Below are positions 38,958-52,328 of a stretch of DNA of 64,000 nt, piece after piece; position 1 is the stretch's first letter, and every line of letters starts with the position of its first letter. The notes under the pieces were generated by a model, which was not told where the DNA came from, ran no database searches, and worked only from the letters and a program-made list of their open reading frames with translations. A program made the position numbers and the translations under genes. Source of the DNA: Eledone cirrhosa (taxonomy: Eukaryota); contig OZ024745.1 of assembly GCA_964016885.1 (NCBI GenBank), positions 46,252,001 to 46,316,000 on the forward strand, given 5' to 3'.

Positions 38958-40085
38958 TCATAATCACCGTTTTACGTCCGTTCTTCCACGCTAGCATGGG
39001 TTAGACAGGTTGTCCTGTGGTGGGCAGTGTCTGGTCGGCTGACCATGCCTTGCTCATACAGGAACTGATTTGGCTTGATTTCTACAGCTGGATGCTCTTC
39101 CTAACACCAACCTCATTTACAGTGAGTGCTGGGTGCTTTTCCGTGGCACCTACTCGTCCACTTTACAGTGTGGGCTGGGTGCTTTTTTGCCGTGGCACCC
39201 CCACGACCACCTTGCAGTGGGAGGGTGTGGGGGGCATATTGTCTATATGCTTTAGCTTGTACCCACGGGAGGTCGGGTACTCTATTACTGCGTGACGCCG
39301 GAGGTCACGGTCGTGTGTCATCACCTTTGAGAGGTGTAATTGGGTAAGGTCGGCTTTTATCACCTCATCCCAGGTCACCTTGGGTCTCCCCGCTCCGCGG
39401 TTTCCATCGACTTCTAGTGCTCTGCACCTTTTTATGCAGCTGTCATCCTTCATACGTATCACATGTCCATACCAACGCAACCGCCTCTCCTGCACACAGC
39501 ATTTGATTCCTCTTATGTTCAGTCTCTCTCTCAATTCATTTATGCTTTGTCGTTCGCGTATATTACTATTACACATTCATCGGAGCATGCAGGCTTCGTT
39601 TCTCTCTAATCTACGTAAGTCTTCCACCTTCAGCGCCCAGGTCTCACTACCATGTAACATTGCTGTTCGGATACACACATCATACAGTCTGCCTTTCATT
39701 TTGAGGGAGAAACCTTTTGCAGCTAGCAGTGGCTGAACTTCTTCCATCCCGTTCTTACCCTAGTTATTGTACTTTCTGAACACCCACCTCCACTGCTAAT
39801 TTGGTCACCTAGGTAGCAGAAGCTGTCTACTGTTTCTACAGAGCCCTCCCAGAGATTGGTGGTACTTGTTTCCTGTGGCTGTTTGCTGCTTGCTGTCCCA
39901 GTACAGCTGCTGCATGTGAAGCCTACATTCTTAATTAAGCTTCCTGAGATCCCGCTACATCTCTTGTGTACCCATTGTTTGCATTTGGGGCAGAGAATGG
40001 AATTCCTACCTACACCTTTCCTACATACTGAGCAAGGCCATTTCCCTGAGGGGATCTGTGCTCTGTTTTCTGTTTCTGTTAACAC
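38958..40085 (-). mobile_element. RTE LINE 3' part with PHD-type finger and 3' UTR, nested in the older RTE
   Basis: WPCSVCRKGVGRNSILCPKCKQWVHKRC..CSSC, FCYLGD, RRLRWYGHV, GRPK.TW; UTR ends TAGCGTGGAAGAACGGACGTAAAACG. Confidence 0.92.
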
Positions 40086-40099
40086 CACCAATTCCCAAA

Positions 40100-40845
40100 A
40101 GAACAGAAAGTGACAGAAAGAGTTATAGCATAACTAATTAGGGAAAGAGTCAAATTAGATGAGATTTGTTTGGTTTCATGCCTGGGAAAAGTACTACAGA
40201 TGCATGCACTCTTCTTAAGAGAAGTTGTCAAGAGAAGTTCCTAGCCAAGAATAAGCCACTATATTTATTTAGCTTTTGTTGATCTGGAAAAGACCTTTGA
40301 CAGAGTACCTCAATCTATTATCTGGGAGTCCTTAAGGAAATTAAGCGTGGAAGAATGGCTTGTGAGAGCAGTGAAAGTCATGTACAGAGGAGCTGTCAGT
40401 AAAGTGATGGTAGTGAAACATGGGCAGTGACTGCATAAGACATGCGTTGACTGGAGAGAAATGAAGCAGCCATGCTTCATTAGATGTACAAAGTAAATGT
40501 GAGAGAAAGGCAGAGCTTGAATGAGCTGAAGGAGAACCTAGGTTAAAGAGGCATCTGAGAAGGTGTGCAGAATAGAAGACTGCATTGATACAGACATGTG
40601 ATGCATATGGATGATGATCAATGGGTGAAAAAGTACCAGGAAACGCCAGTGGAAGGAAACCACAGTAGAGGTAGACCAAGAAAGACCTGGGCAGAGGTGG
40701 TGTGAGCTGACCTCAAATTACTGAGATTCACAGAGATGATGAAGAAACATGGCAAGTGGAATGACGCTGTGCTGAAAAGGACCCATCCCACCCATGTGAG
40801 CGAGGAAAAACGGATGTAAAAATGATGATGATGATGATGATGATA
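40100..40845 (+). mobile_element. Decayed RTE LINE, internally deleted RT to 3' end
   Basis: FGFMPGKSTTDA, AFVDLEKTFDRVP, then a jump to SETW, RGRPRKTW and an (ATG)n tail. Confidence 0.88.
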
Positions 40846-41224
40846 TCTGCATCCAGACTAGATTTTTAGTTTAAGAATATTTTCTTCCCTCCCATCAATC
40901 TTTGAAACCCTGTAAGTCTTCATTTTTAAATAGATTATACATGTTATAAATTCACACTTTGTGATGCAGTAAATATTCTTTTTTACTTTAATGGTACTCC
41001 AGAATGGCCACAGACATTGAGTTGCAATTAGAAATAGAGTAAAGGAATATATCTCCTAATCTACCAAAACTATCTCATTCCATTATACTACTACAGACCC
41101 TGTCTTACATTTTTGTCATTCTGATTCTTAGCAAATTTATCAAAATATTTATCAAATTCCAGTCGCCCAACATTCATATTGGTCTTTACCACACTTTAGC
41201 ATAGGAAAATAAATAGAAACATCC

Positions 41225-41455
41225 ATGATGGTGATGATGGTGATGACAATGATGGTGATGGTGGTGGTGGGTGGTGGTGGTGGTGGTTTTGATGGTGGTG
41301 GTGGTGTGGTGTTGGTAGTGTTGGTGGTGGTGGTGGTGTTGGTGGTGTTGGTGGTGGTGGTTGTGGTGGTGGTGGTGGTTGTGGTGGTGGCAATGGTGGT
41401 CGGTGGTGGTGGTAGTCAGTGGTGGCAGTGGTGGTGGTGGTGGCAGTGGTGGTTA
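41225..41455. repeat. (GGT/GAT)n repeat
   Basis: Imperfect trinucleotide run. Confidence 0.93.
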
Positions 41456-42242
41456 GTAAGAGGAGGAGGAGAAAGAGAGTAATAAGGATTATCATTATTA
41501 ATAGTAGAATCTGCAGCAATAGAAGCACAGACATCTTTATTTACAACTATCTAAGTAATATTTTAAATATGCTTTAAGTATGAATATACAGACTTATAAT
41601 CTTGAATATGTATATAGGGATGACTATATATATAAATATATAGAGCTCAAAGTTTATGGAAGCCACAGAGTAGGAAGACTGGGGATGAGGTGATAAAAGT
41701 TGACCTTGTACAATTGCACCTCTCAAAAGCAATAACATAGGACCGGGATCTCTGGTGTAATACAGAGAAGACCCACCTTCCCATAAGTGCAGGCTGAAGC
41801 ATACATATAGTATTCACCACCCACTCCTATATAAATATTGCATAGGTCGTTTTCATATCATCATGAACTCTACCTTCAACATAGCGTCTCAAGGACAGGT
41901 CAGCAAGACCATTACTGGAGAAACACACTCACTCTCTATGTGTTGTGAGTGTACGTCTGTGTCTATGTCTGTGTATGTGTGTCTGTGTCTGTGTGTGTGT
42001 TGTGTGTGTTGTGTGAATGTGTCTATATGTGTCTATATGTGTCTGTGTGTGAATGATAATTAATACTTTTATTATAACAATGGGATCATAAGGTTTGTCC
42101 TTAACTCTAGCAATTATTGTTCCAAGCAGTTGATTAACAATCTACACAGAAGATTAGAAACTAATCTCTGTCAGGTTACTTTCTCATAAGACAGTGTTGC
42201 TATTCTTAAGCTGAGTAAACTGAAGCAATTACAATTCTGTAC

Positions 42243-43492
42243 TCAGCCCACACTGTAAAGTGGCCGTGTAGGTGTCACAACAAAAAGCACCCAGCCCACA
42301 CTGTAAAGTAGTTGTGCAGGAGATGCAGCAAATAGCACCCAGCCCACACTGTAAAGTGGCCGTGTAGGTGTCACAACAAAAAGCACCCAGCCCACACTGT
42401 AAAGTAGTTGTGCAGGAGATGCAGCAAATAGCACCCAGCCCACACTGTAAAGTGGTCGTGTAGGTGTCACAACAAATAGCACCCAGCCTACACTGTAAAG
42501 TAGTTGTGCAGGAGATGCAGCAAATAGCACCCAGCCCACACTGTAAAGTGGCCGTGTAGGTGTCACAACAAAAAGCACCCAGCCCACACTGTAAAGTAGT
42601 TGTGCAGGAGATGCTGCAAATAGCACCCTGCCCACACTGTAAAGTAGTTGTGCAGGGGATGCTGCAAATAGCACCCAGCCCACACTGTAAAGTAGTTGTG
42701 CAGGAGATGCTGCAAATAGCACCCAGCACACACTGTAAAGTAGTTGTGCAGGAGATGTTGCAAATAGCACCCAGCCCACACTGTAAAGTAGTTGTGCAGG
42801 AGATGTTGCAAATAGCACCCAGCCCACACTGTAAAGTAGTTGTGCAGGAGATGTTGCAAATAGCACCCAGCCCACACTGTAAAGTAGTTGTGCAGGAGAT
42901 GTTGCAAATAGCACCCAGCCCACACTGTAAAGTAGTTGTGCAGGAGATGTTGCAAATAGCACCCAGCACACACTGTAAAGTAGTTGTGCAGGAGATGCGG
43001 CAAATAGCACCCAGCCCACACTGTATAGTAGTTGTGCAGGAGATGCTGCAAATAGCACCCAGCCCACACTGTAAAGTAGTTGTGCAGGAGATGCGGCAAA
43101 TAGCACCCAGCCCACACTGTAAAGTAGTTGTGCAGATGCTGCAAATAGCACCCAGCACACACTGTAAAGTAGTTGTGCAGATGCTGCAAATAGCACCCAG
43201 CACACACTGTAAAGTAGTTGTGCAGGAGATGCTGCAAATAGCACCCAGCCCACACTGTAAAGTAGTTGTGCAGGAGATGCGGCAAATAGCACCCAGCACA
43301 CACTGTAAAGTAGTTGTGCAGGAGATGTGGCAAATAGCACCCAGCCCACACTGTAAAGTAGTTGTGCAGGAGATGCTGCAAATAGCACCCAGCACACACT
43401 GTAAAGTAGTTGTGCAGGAGATGCTGCAAATAGCACCCAGCCCACACTGTAAAGTAGTTGTGCAGAAGATGCTGCAAATAGCACCCAGCACA
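42243..43492. repeat. 48-bp minisatellite, ~26 units, two variants
   Basis: Unit GCACCCAGCCCACACTGTAAAGTAGTTGTGCAGGAGATGCTGCAAATA; 16-aa periodicity in the ORF track. Confidence 0.97.
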
Positions 43493-43656
43493 CAATGTGG
43501 TTGGCATTAGGAAGGGCATCCAGCCGTAGAAATTTAGTCAGAAACAGTCCTATATGAGCAAGACATGGTCACCCGACCCAACTTGCCTCTAATGGGACAA
43601 ACCCATCTAACCCATGCTAGCATGAAAAATAGACATTAAATAATGATAATGATGAT
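43493..43656 (+). mobile_element. RTE-type 3' UTR terminus abutting the minisatellite
   Basis: GGTTGGCATTAGGAAGGGCATCCAGCCGTAGAA...ACCCATGCTAGCATG..GACATTAAA(TGA)n. Confidence 0.82.
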
Positions 43657-45133
43657 ATCCCCCACAGAAGGCAATGAATTGGCAGAGTTGCTAAAACATC
43701 AGATAGAATGCTTTGTGGGATTCATTTCAACTCTCTGCTCTCTGAGTTCAAATCCTCTTTGATCAACTTTGCTTTTCATCCTTTCGTGATCGATAAAAAT
43801 AAGTACTAGTCCAGTACTAGGGCGGATTCTTCTTCTATATCTCTTTATCACTTCTTTTCTCTTACCATTTCTCCCTTTCTCTGAAAGAAATTGGTTGTGT
43901 TCAGGCATGAAGAAGGATAGATTTTGCCAGGTTTAAAAAGCCCAAGATATGCCATATGTCACTATGGTACCCCTATGAATCCATCATGAGTTATTGGTCC
44001 TTACAAACATGCCACACAGAGGCACCCTAACTCATGAGATAGAATTTTGACATGAGATTGGCTGGCTAATGATTTATGAACTTATCAATTTACTGACAAA
44101 AATAATAAAAATGCTAATATGCTACCAGGACCACCCTTAACAACAATGTATTATAAATGTTCCCATAATTTCTGGAGAAGCCATAGAAGTGCCACAGACT
44201 CAGAACAACTACCTCAAAACATTCTATCCACCATTTTAATGGCTCAGCAAACTCTCTGCCTACATCTTAACAATAGCAACACTTAAATAAGCAAATGGGC
44301 AAGCCTCTATGTCATTACTTGACTTGCTAAAAAATGCAGCCAATATTCCTTCAAATTACACCTGGCAAAATGTACAATTTGAATAATAGTCCTGGATGCA
44401 TTGATCAAAAATTAGATGAGATGATCATAGCTTGAAAGCTTTCAAGTTATTGTTTGGCTGACTTATTTTTGTGCCTCATGTTTATTTGATCAGTTGATCC
44501 ATGGCTACACAATAACAATAACAATAACAAAAACGATTATTTTACCCACCCCTACTTTACTCTACCAACACTCTCCACCATGAGCATTATAGCCTGGCAA
44601 TAGCCTTCTTAGATCCCCTCCTCCTCAAAAAAATCTCTCAGCACCCTTGAATTTTATGAAGTAGCCTCTGCTGCCAGAGCAAGAGAGCAGTTTTGTTCAA
44701 CTTTGCAAAATCCCTCCCAAAGACCCTGAGAACAGTAATTGTATAAAAGAAATATCTTATTATATGAGTGTGTCTTAAGTCATATATGATGTGAAGACAT
44801 CTAACAATTCCATGCAGCTTGTATCCAAATATGAAATCATTGTTATGTTCTATATATTCCAGTAGAGTATAAAATATTGATAATATTACCAGAAATTAAT
44901 ACTGCAGAAAATAAAAAACAAAATTAGAATTTGTTTTTTCCCTCTAACTTAGCGGACTGGTTAATGTATTCATGAATTTTATATCGAATAATAATATTTG
45001 ATTCATTTGCAAGCAAACAGCCTCAATACGCTATGTTTTTCAGATGACCGTTGCCATCCTTTTGTACTAGCTAAAACAAATCAAATATTATTATTCGATA
45101 TAAAACTCACAAATACACATACAAGAAAATAAT

Positions 45134-45226
45134 TGTTTCTACGTTTAGCACAAGGCCAGCAATTACCCAGTGCATTACTGGTACTTTATTTTATCGACCC
45201 CGTAAGGATGAAAGGCAAAGTTAACC
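45134..45226 (-). mobile_element. SINE family 2, 5'-truncated, 12-bp TSD
   Basis: CAAGAAAATAAT on both sides. Confidence 0.85.
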
Positions 45227-45974
45227 TCAAGAAAATAATATTGCAGAAAATGGGGCATAACACTCATTAGAATAGATAAAGCAATCAATTTTATTATTAA
45301 TATTACAGCCACTTGTATTCCAAATCCCATCACTACCAACAGCAGTAATAAAAGTTGCACTTTCTAAATTTGACTCCAGTCCAGAAATTTAGAGGAAAAT
45401 TATAGTCGATCTACTCAATTGCACTGGAAAAATTGAAAGATAAAGTCAACCCTGGTAGAATTTAAATACAGAAGGTAATATCTGGCCTTGTACTATTTGG
45501 AAAGTGAAATGAACCTGTATTGAGAACTTAAAAGGCAATCATATTGAGTTCTTAAATAAAATGGTTATAACATATGTAGGTCATATATCTATCATTACAT
45601 ATATTAATATACATGTATGCATGTATGCATTTATGTATGCATGTAAATGTGTATATGATAACCAGTTGACTTAAGGAGCATTAGAAAAATTTGAAATTTG
45701 AAATTAACCGTCAACTATTATTTATAGTGAAGGGTGATGGATTGGCAGTATCAGTAGAAGGTTGGACACCATGCTTGGTTAGCATTAGGAAGAGCATCTA
45801 GCCATAGAAATCTAGCCAAAATAGAATGTAAGACCAAAATGTTGTCATCTGACCTGTCTAGTCTCAGACATGACAACCCAGCATGGATAACACATACAAC
45901 AGTGATAATGATGATATATATATATATATACACACCAGATCATCCTTACATGTAATATATATATCTATATATTA

Positions 45975-46395
45975 TTACAAGCAGGTTTGGGGATTACAAG
46001 CAGGTTAAGAGAGACGGTAGACCTTGTATACAGCAAATGCACAGGAGAAATAAGCTCTAAGAGCTCACTTAAAATAGGTTTGCTCAGTTGTGCAGGAGAC
46101 TCCTTAGAAGTTGTTGACAGATTCTACTACCTAGTTGACCTCCGTTGACAAAAAAGGGCTTCACTCTCAAAGTAAAGGGTAGACTGTATGATGCCTGCAC
46201 AAACTCTGATACAACATAAGAGTGAGACATGGGTCTCGACTGAACAAGACTTGTGAAGGCTAGAAAGAAATGAAGCAAGTATGCCCTGATGGATATATAA
46301 AGTTAGTGAACATGTCCAGCATAGTGTAAGTGAGCTGAAAGAAAACTTTGATATTAGAGGAATTCAGTGTAGTGTGTACGAGAGAAGACTACAGA
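45975..46395 (+). mobile_element. Decayed RTE fragment
   Basis: KGFTLKVKGRLYDAC, SETW and LERNEAS motifs. Confidence 0.75.
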
Positions 46396-47589
46396 GTGTA
46401 CTGGGTGTATTTATTGTGTACCTCACCAACACTAAGGAAATTGTCATGCCCTTAACACAACTGAAGAGTCTTGAGTATGTGAGTGTGTATGTATGTAAAT
46501 ACGTAGAGGAAGTGAATGTTAAATTGTCTAAATGGAGATCATATAGTTAAACTTCAACTATATGATGCAGAATCAGTTGACACTGGAAAATGTTAAGATA
46601 CATTTCTAACCAACCAGTATAATCTGTACATATGATAAAGGATTGTTGTTGTTCTTGCAGACAATGTATTCATGTACTTTGAATGATATACAGATATATA
46701 CATGAATAGATAGATTAATAGGTAGGTAGATAAAATATTGATAAGCAGATGGACAGATTCTATTTGAGTCTATTCATACTTCCTCCTTATTTAACCTCTT
46801 GGCCATCACTCTCCTTCAAATTACACACACAGGCATTATTGTCTTGAAAGGACAGAGACAACACAGAGTAGAGAAGATTCTTTTGCCATGTAGGAGCAAG
46901 GCAACTTCTCTAGAGTTCATGATTGATTATTAGAGATAGAAAAGGATTGAGAGGAATCATAGGACATGACAAGTGCTGGTGCCATAATAGAATGCTTCCT
47001 TTGGTTGATAGGAAGTGCATCAAGGTATAGAGATCATGTCAACAATTGGAATATACAAGTGAGACATAGTCCTCCAATGTGTCTAGGAGCAGCAACTCAA
47101 AATATTAATTCATTTGAACCATGGAACCCATGTCAGCATTAAAAGCTGATGTAAAATAATGATGATATTAAGGATTATGAAAATATATTATACACAAACT
47201 ACTTCTTAATACAATATGACATATCAATTGCTAAAGTAAGTCATTAAGTAGACAAGCAAAATGTGAACAAGTTGTACCCAAATATTGGATTATTTGTCTA
47301 ATATTGATTGAGATAACAAAAAGATAATGACTTTAGCCTAAGCTGTTTCTGGAGTATTCTGTAAGTAAAGGAAAAACTAAATGCAATGAGGAAAAATACA
47401 AATAGGATATGAAATTAATCAAGGACAGTTATGTTTGATAAGAAAAACCTGCATATCTAAAGAGATTGAATATTGGATGGGCATCTTTTTCTGTTTGGTC
47501 AGTTTTTACACACCATTACTATTAGACTATTTTATTTAGTCAAAAAGTTATGGCGAATTCTACTATTTCAATTTTATATATATATATAA

Positions 47590-47912
47590 AGAGGGTAAAG
47601 TCCCCCTTCGGTCATGAATGGCTTTGGGTATTGCACATACAAAGATCCCTTTCAAGGTACAAGTCCAGGTAAGGCGTTTTTCTGTTTGTGGAAGACTAGC
47701 AGTTGCCCATGCATGCCAGTTTCCCCATTCCACACCATAGATGTTGTCCAATATACACTAGTAACATTGCAATTCCTTTCTACAACAGTGGACTGGAACA
47801 GCATGAAATAACGTGTCTTGCTCAGGACACAATGCATTACATGGCCGGTAATTGAGCTCAGAACATCTCAATTGTGAATCCATCTTTCTAACCACTAAAC
47901 CACATGCCTTCA
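47590..47912 (-). mobile_element. tRNA-headed SINE, distinct tail (family 4)
   Basis: Head like family 1; tail homologous to 48120-48255. Confidence 0.75.
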
Positions 47913-47943
47913 CAAATATATCTATATCTGTGTCTGTGTGAGT

Positions 47944-48256
47944 GAAGGTATGTGGCTTAATGGTTAGAGCATCAGATTCACAATCGTGACGGTGTGAATT
48001 CAATTTCCAGATTGGGTGGTGCTCCAGTTCACTCAACTGTAGATATTAGTTGTGATGTCACTAGTGCCAAGTGGTACCAACCTTTGCCTTTGCCTTTGAC
48101 AATATCGGTGGCTTGAAGATAGAAGACTGGTATGTGTGGGTGACTGCTGGTCTTCCACAAAACACCTTGCCCAGACTTGTGCCACGGAAAGGAAACTTTC
48201 TAGGTGCAAATCCCATGATCCTTCATGATCGAAGGGGAAGGGGATCTTTACCATTT
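47944..48256 (+). mobile_element. tRNA-headed SINE, distinct tail (family 4)
   Basis: GAAGGTATGTGGCTTAATGGTTAGAGC head; inverted relative to 47590-47912. Confidence 0.75.
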
Positions 48257-48260
48257 TATA

Positions 48261-48299
<39 letters not shown>

Positions 48300-48354
48300 C
48301 ATGCATGTTTCAATTCCTCCCTAAGTGACATATTTTGTTTAATTTGTTTTGTAC

Positions 48355-48472
48355 GTTCTGAAGATGAGGTCAGAGCATAATTCGCTCTTAATAACATGTG
48401 GACCTTCATATATTGATAGGGTTCAACCTTATGGATCAAATTGTGATTTTGTCCTCTGAAACAATTGTAAAC
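48355..48472 (+). ncRNA. Type I hammerhead with ~90-nt stem II region (family C)
   Basis: gtt-CTGAAGA-tgagg....cctct-GAAA-caattg-TA-aac; palindromic ACAATTGT. Confidence 0.65.
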
Positions 48473-48519
48473 AAATAAACCTTTTTTCAAGAATTTTGGT
48501 TATATTTTCTCCTACTATA

Positions 48520-48574
<55 letters not shown>

Positions 48575-48780
48575 TATATATATGGGTGTTCATATGTCTG
48601 TGTGTGTGTGGGTACATGAGTGTGAATGTGAACCTTGTCTTTTATCTGTGTCATTGTATTATTGTGTATATTTCTAAAAATAGTTTTTTCAAAGAATCCC
48701 TGTTCTGTAAAATCCCTTGGCCAAAGACCTCTACCCATCCCCAAAATAACCACCTTCCCCAACTGTATTATAATGACAGT

Positions 48781-48834
48781 TGGCTTTCCTGATGATTTCT
48801 TTCGAATGAAACAGTTCTAGTCCTGTAGAAGCTA
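48781..48834 (+). ncRNA. Type I hammerhead (family B)
   Basis: tggctttc-CTGATGA-tttctttcgaat-GAAA-cag-ttctagtc-ctg-TA-gaagcta; element tail runs to ~48919, then (TA)n. Confidence 0.7.
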
Positions 48835-49162
48835 TTTCTATATTAAATTTGATGTTTACACTCTACTAATGTATTGAGTACCTTACTTACTGTGGTTACC
48901 CCAATTAAACTCGGGACTCATATATATATATATATGCATTTTAACCGCTGGTCAATCAATGATAAACATTGATTGCCAAATAAATTAACTATGGAGATAT
49001 AAAAGATACAGAAGCAAAAATCAACCAAACAGTGAGTGTGTTCTGTTATTATTTCTGACAATATTATAACAATATGATCCTCCCCAAGTATAACAATATT
49101 TGTTTCGACACAGGATTTCATATCAAAAACCTTGCAAAACAAATATATATATATATATTCAT

Positions 49163-49350
49163 ATATTAATTAGATTCGACTCTGAGACCAGGCGGTTTCA
49201 GCTTATAACCAGGTTATAAGCCGAAAATGCTCGAGCTTGTGGTCAAATTTCTACCTAATTAATATACCCACTCTACATCCCACCATACATCAAGTACTAT
49301 TCTGAATTGTGATCTTCCTGATCTTCATACTACAGACACACAATATCTTA
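49163..49350. mobile_element. Diverged fold-back insert, family A-related
   Basis: TTTCAGCTTATAACC-A-GGTTATAAGCCGAAA palindrome; tail CACTCTAC...AGTAC. Confidence 0.5.
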
Positions 49351-49458
49351 ATATATCTATCTATCTATCTATATATCTATATCATCATCATCATCATCAT
49401 CATCATCATCGTTTAACGTCCATGTTCCACGCTTGCATGGGTTTGGACGGGAGTTTTC

Positions 49459-49507
<49 letters not shown>

Positions 49508-49684
49508 ATATTTATATATATAAAGTATATTTATGATAATTTAGAAATAATATCACAAATAAAAATGGCAGTTCTCAATATGTTGAGAAAGAAGGTTGTT
49601 TCATCTAGAATGTTAAGTCTGGACCAGTAGTAATATCTATGTACAATATTCTAATAAATAAATAAAAAAAACATATATATATAT

Positions 49685-49699
49685 ATAGAGAGAGAGAGG

Positions 49700-49752
<53 letters not shown>

Positions 49753-49815
49753 ATAGTTAGATAGATAGATACTTAGATAAATTAATAGATAGATAGATAC
49801 ATAGATAAATTGATA

Positions 49816-49849
<34 letters not shown>

Positions 49850-50150
49850 GGATGGATAGATAAATAAAAAAATAAACATATATAGAGAGAAGGGGATAGA
49901 TAGAGCACCAAGAGAGAGATAGTTAGATAGATAGATAGATAGATAGATACATAGATACATAGATAAATTGATAGATAGATAGATGGACGGATAGATAGAT
50001 AGATAGATAGATATGTGTATATATAGAGAGAGGGAGCTAGATGGTGAGAGGGGGATAGAGAAACAGAAAGAGAAAGAGGGAAAGAAAGATAGAAAAAGAG
50101 AAAGAGAGAAATAGATAGATTAGATAGATAGATAGATAGATAGATAGATT
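49685..50150. repeat. (GA)n/(TAGA)n compound repeat
   Basis: Direct inspection. Confidence 0.93.
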
Positions 50151-50653
50151 ATGTGTATATATATATATATATATATGTGTGTGATGCAACTGATATGCTC
50201 ATGTACTGTAGATAATACATTATTTTACTTAAACCAATAACATACTGTACTAAAGATACTGTAGTCTGAATATGTAATTATCCTAGAGGACATATAAGAA
50301 TGACATTTCCAAGATGTCAGATATGAGTTTCTTTATTATTCTCTGTATGTAGTTAATAATATTCACAACCACAATCCTTACAATCCCTTCTCACATCCAT
50401 ATGTACTCAGTTATACAAAGAAATTAGATATTTATATGAAATTTTCTTTGTACATTTTAATATGTACACCTGTACATACATACATACATATGTGTGTGTG
50501 TGTTTATATATATAATATATATATATATATATAAATGAAAAGTATAGAAAATATTGTAGCAAGAAGCCAACAGTATTCCATAATATATAAGTGACTATAG
50601 CGTCAAAATGGAAAAATAGTTAACGTAAGATGTGGGAAAATAATTCAAACTCA

Positions 50654-51023
<370 letters not shown>

Positions 51024-51223
51024 CTGGTATCCACCTGTTTCTGGTAGGACTAAGAAGATGGTGAGATGGATCTAGAATATCGAGACTAGAAATAGGTGGT
51101 AACATAACCACTACTTATTAGTCAATATATCGATTTATCATAATCAATCAACCCTCTGAAACGATCATAAAACAATAAGCTAATTAAGAACCCATCTTCA
51201 CCTTTTGTTTCATTTTCGTTGTT

Positions 51224-51254
<31 letters not shown>

Positions 51255-51457
51255 CATATCATTATATATATATTATAGGTGTAACCCATGCAACCAAGGA
51301 AAAATGAACGTTAAATGATGATGATGATATATATATATATATATATATTAAATATATATTAAATATATATTAAATATTTGCTCTACAGTTCTATATTTGA
51401 TATATATTTATCCTTATCGAGCCCTCTTTGGATTTTAGTCTTCAAATTTATTATTAT

Positions 51458-51497
<40 letters not shown>

Positions 51498-51525
51498 CCC
51501 TCCAGAAAACCATTCTTAATCATAG

Positions 51526-51568
<43 letters not shown>

Positions 51569-51767
51569 TGTGTGTGTGTGTATGATTAAGAATGGTTTTC
51601 TGGAGGGAATTGGGAAGAAAACCCAGTTAAATAAGGTAATCAATAGATTAGTAAAGAAGATACATATTTAATTCATATAGAAATGAATTCTACAGGACTA
51701 GAACTGTTTTATTCGTTTGAAATGATCAGAAATGATGATTATATGAATGTATCATATGTATGTGTGA

Positions 51768-51798
<31 letters not shown>

Positions 51799-51803
51799 AG
51801 TGT

Positions 51804-51947
51804 GAGTCCCAGGTTCAATTGATGGTAACCACAATGGGTAAGGTACTCAATACATTAGTAGAGTGTATACAACAAATTTAATATAGAAATGATTTCATCA
51901 GGAAAGATTTCCTGATGATTTCCTTCAAATATAACATCTTCAGTCCT

Positions 51948-51950
<3 letters not shown>
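51804..51950 (-). mobile_element. Family B insert, degenerate fold-back
   Basis: GAGTCCCAGGTTCAAT..GGTAACCACA..GGTACTCAATACATTAGTAGAGT, homologous to 48840-48919 (reverse complement). Confidence 0.7.
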
Positions 51951-51984
<34 letters not shown>

Positions 51985-51988
<4 letters not shown>

Positions 51989-52328
51989 AAAGTTATATTT
52001 AATTTGTTGGGATTCAACAAGCTTAAAAGTTTTATAACTGATATAAAGCACTCAACAGTAAATATTCAATATATTAATAAATGGAAACTATATTTATAAA
52101 ACCATAATTATTTTATTATATATATTTCAAGGGCAACCAAGGCAAATTTTGGTGCGCTTTCATCAGATAAAATACAAAATTTGTTTTATATATTTATATG
52201 TCAACATTTATAAAACAAATTTTGTATTTTATCTGATGAAAGCGCACCAAAATTTGCCTTGGTTGCCCTTGAAATATATATAATAAAATAATTATGGTTT
52301 TATAAATACAGTTTCTATTTATTAATAT

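Noticed and set aside
42243-43492. CRISPR-like array or Cys-rich keratin-associated/metallothionein-like gene
   Set aside because: Putative spacers are just two recurring variants, there are no cas genes, and the context is eukaryotic; ORFs follow from a 48-bp unit traceable to a retroelement UTR
44973-45108. Inverted repeat with ~30-bp arms
   Set aside because: No ribozyme core, TSD or second copy seen; left unclassified
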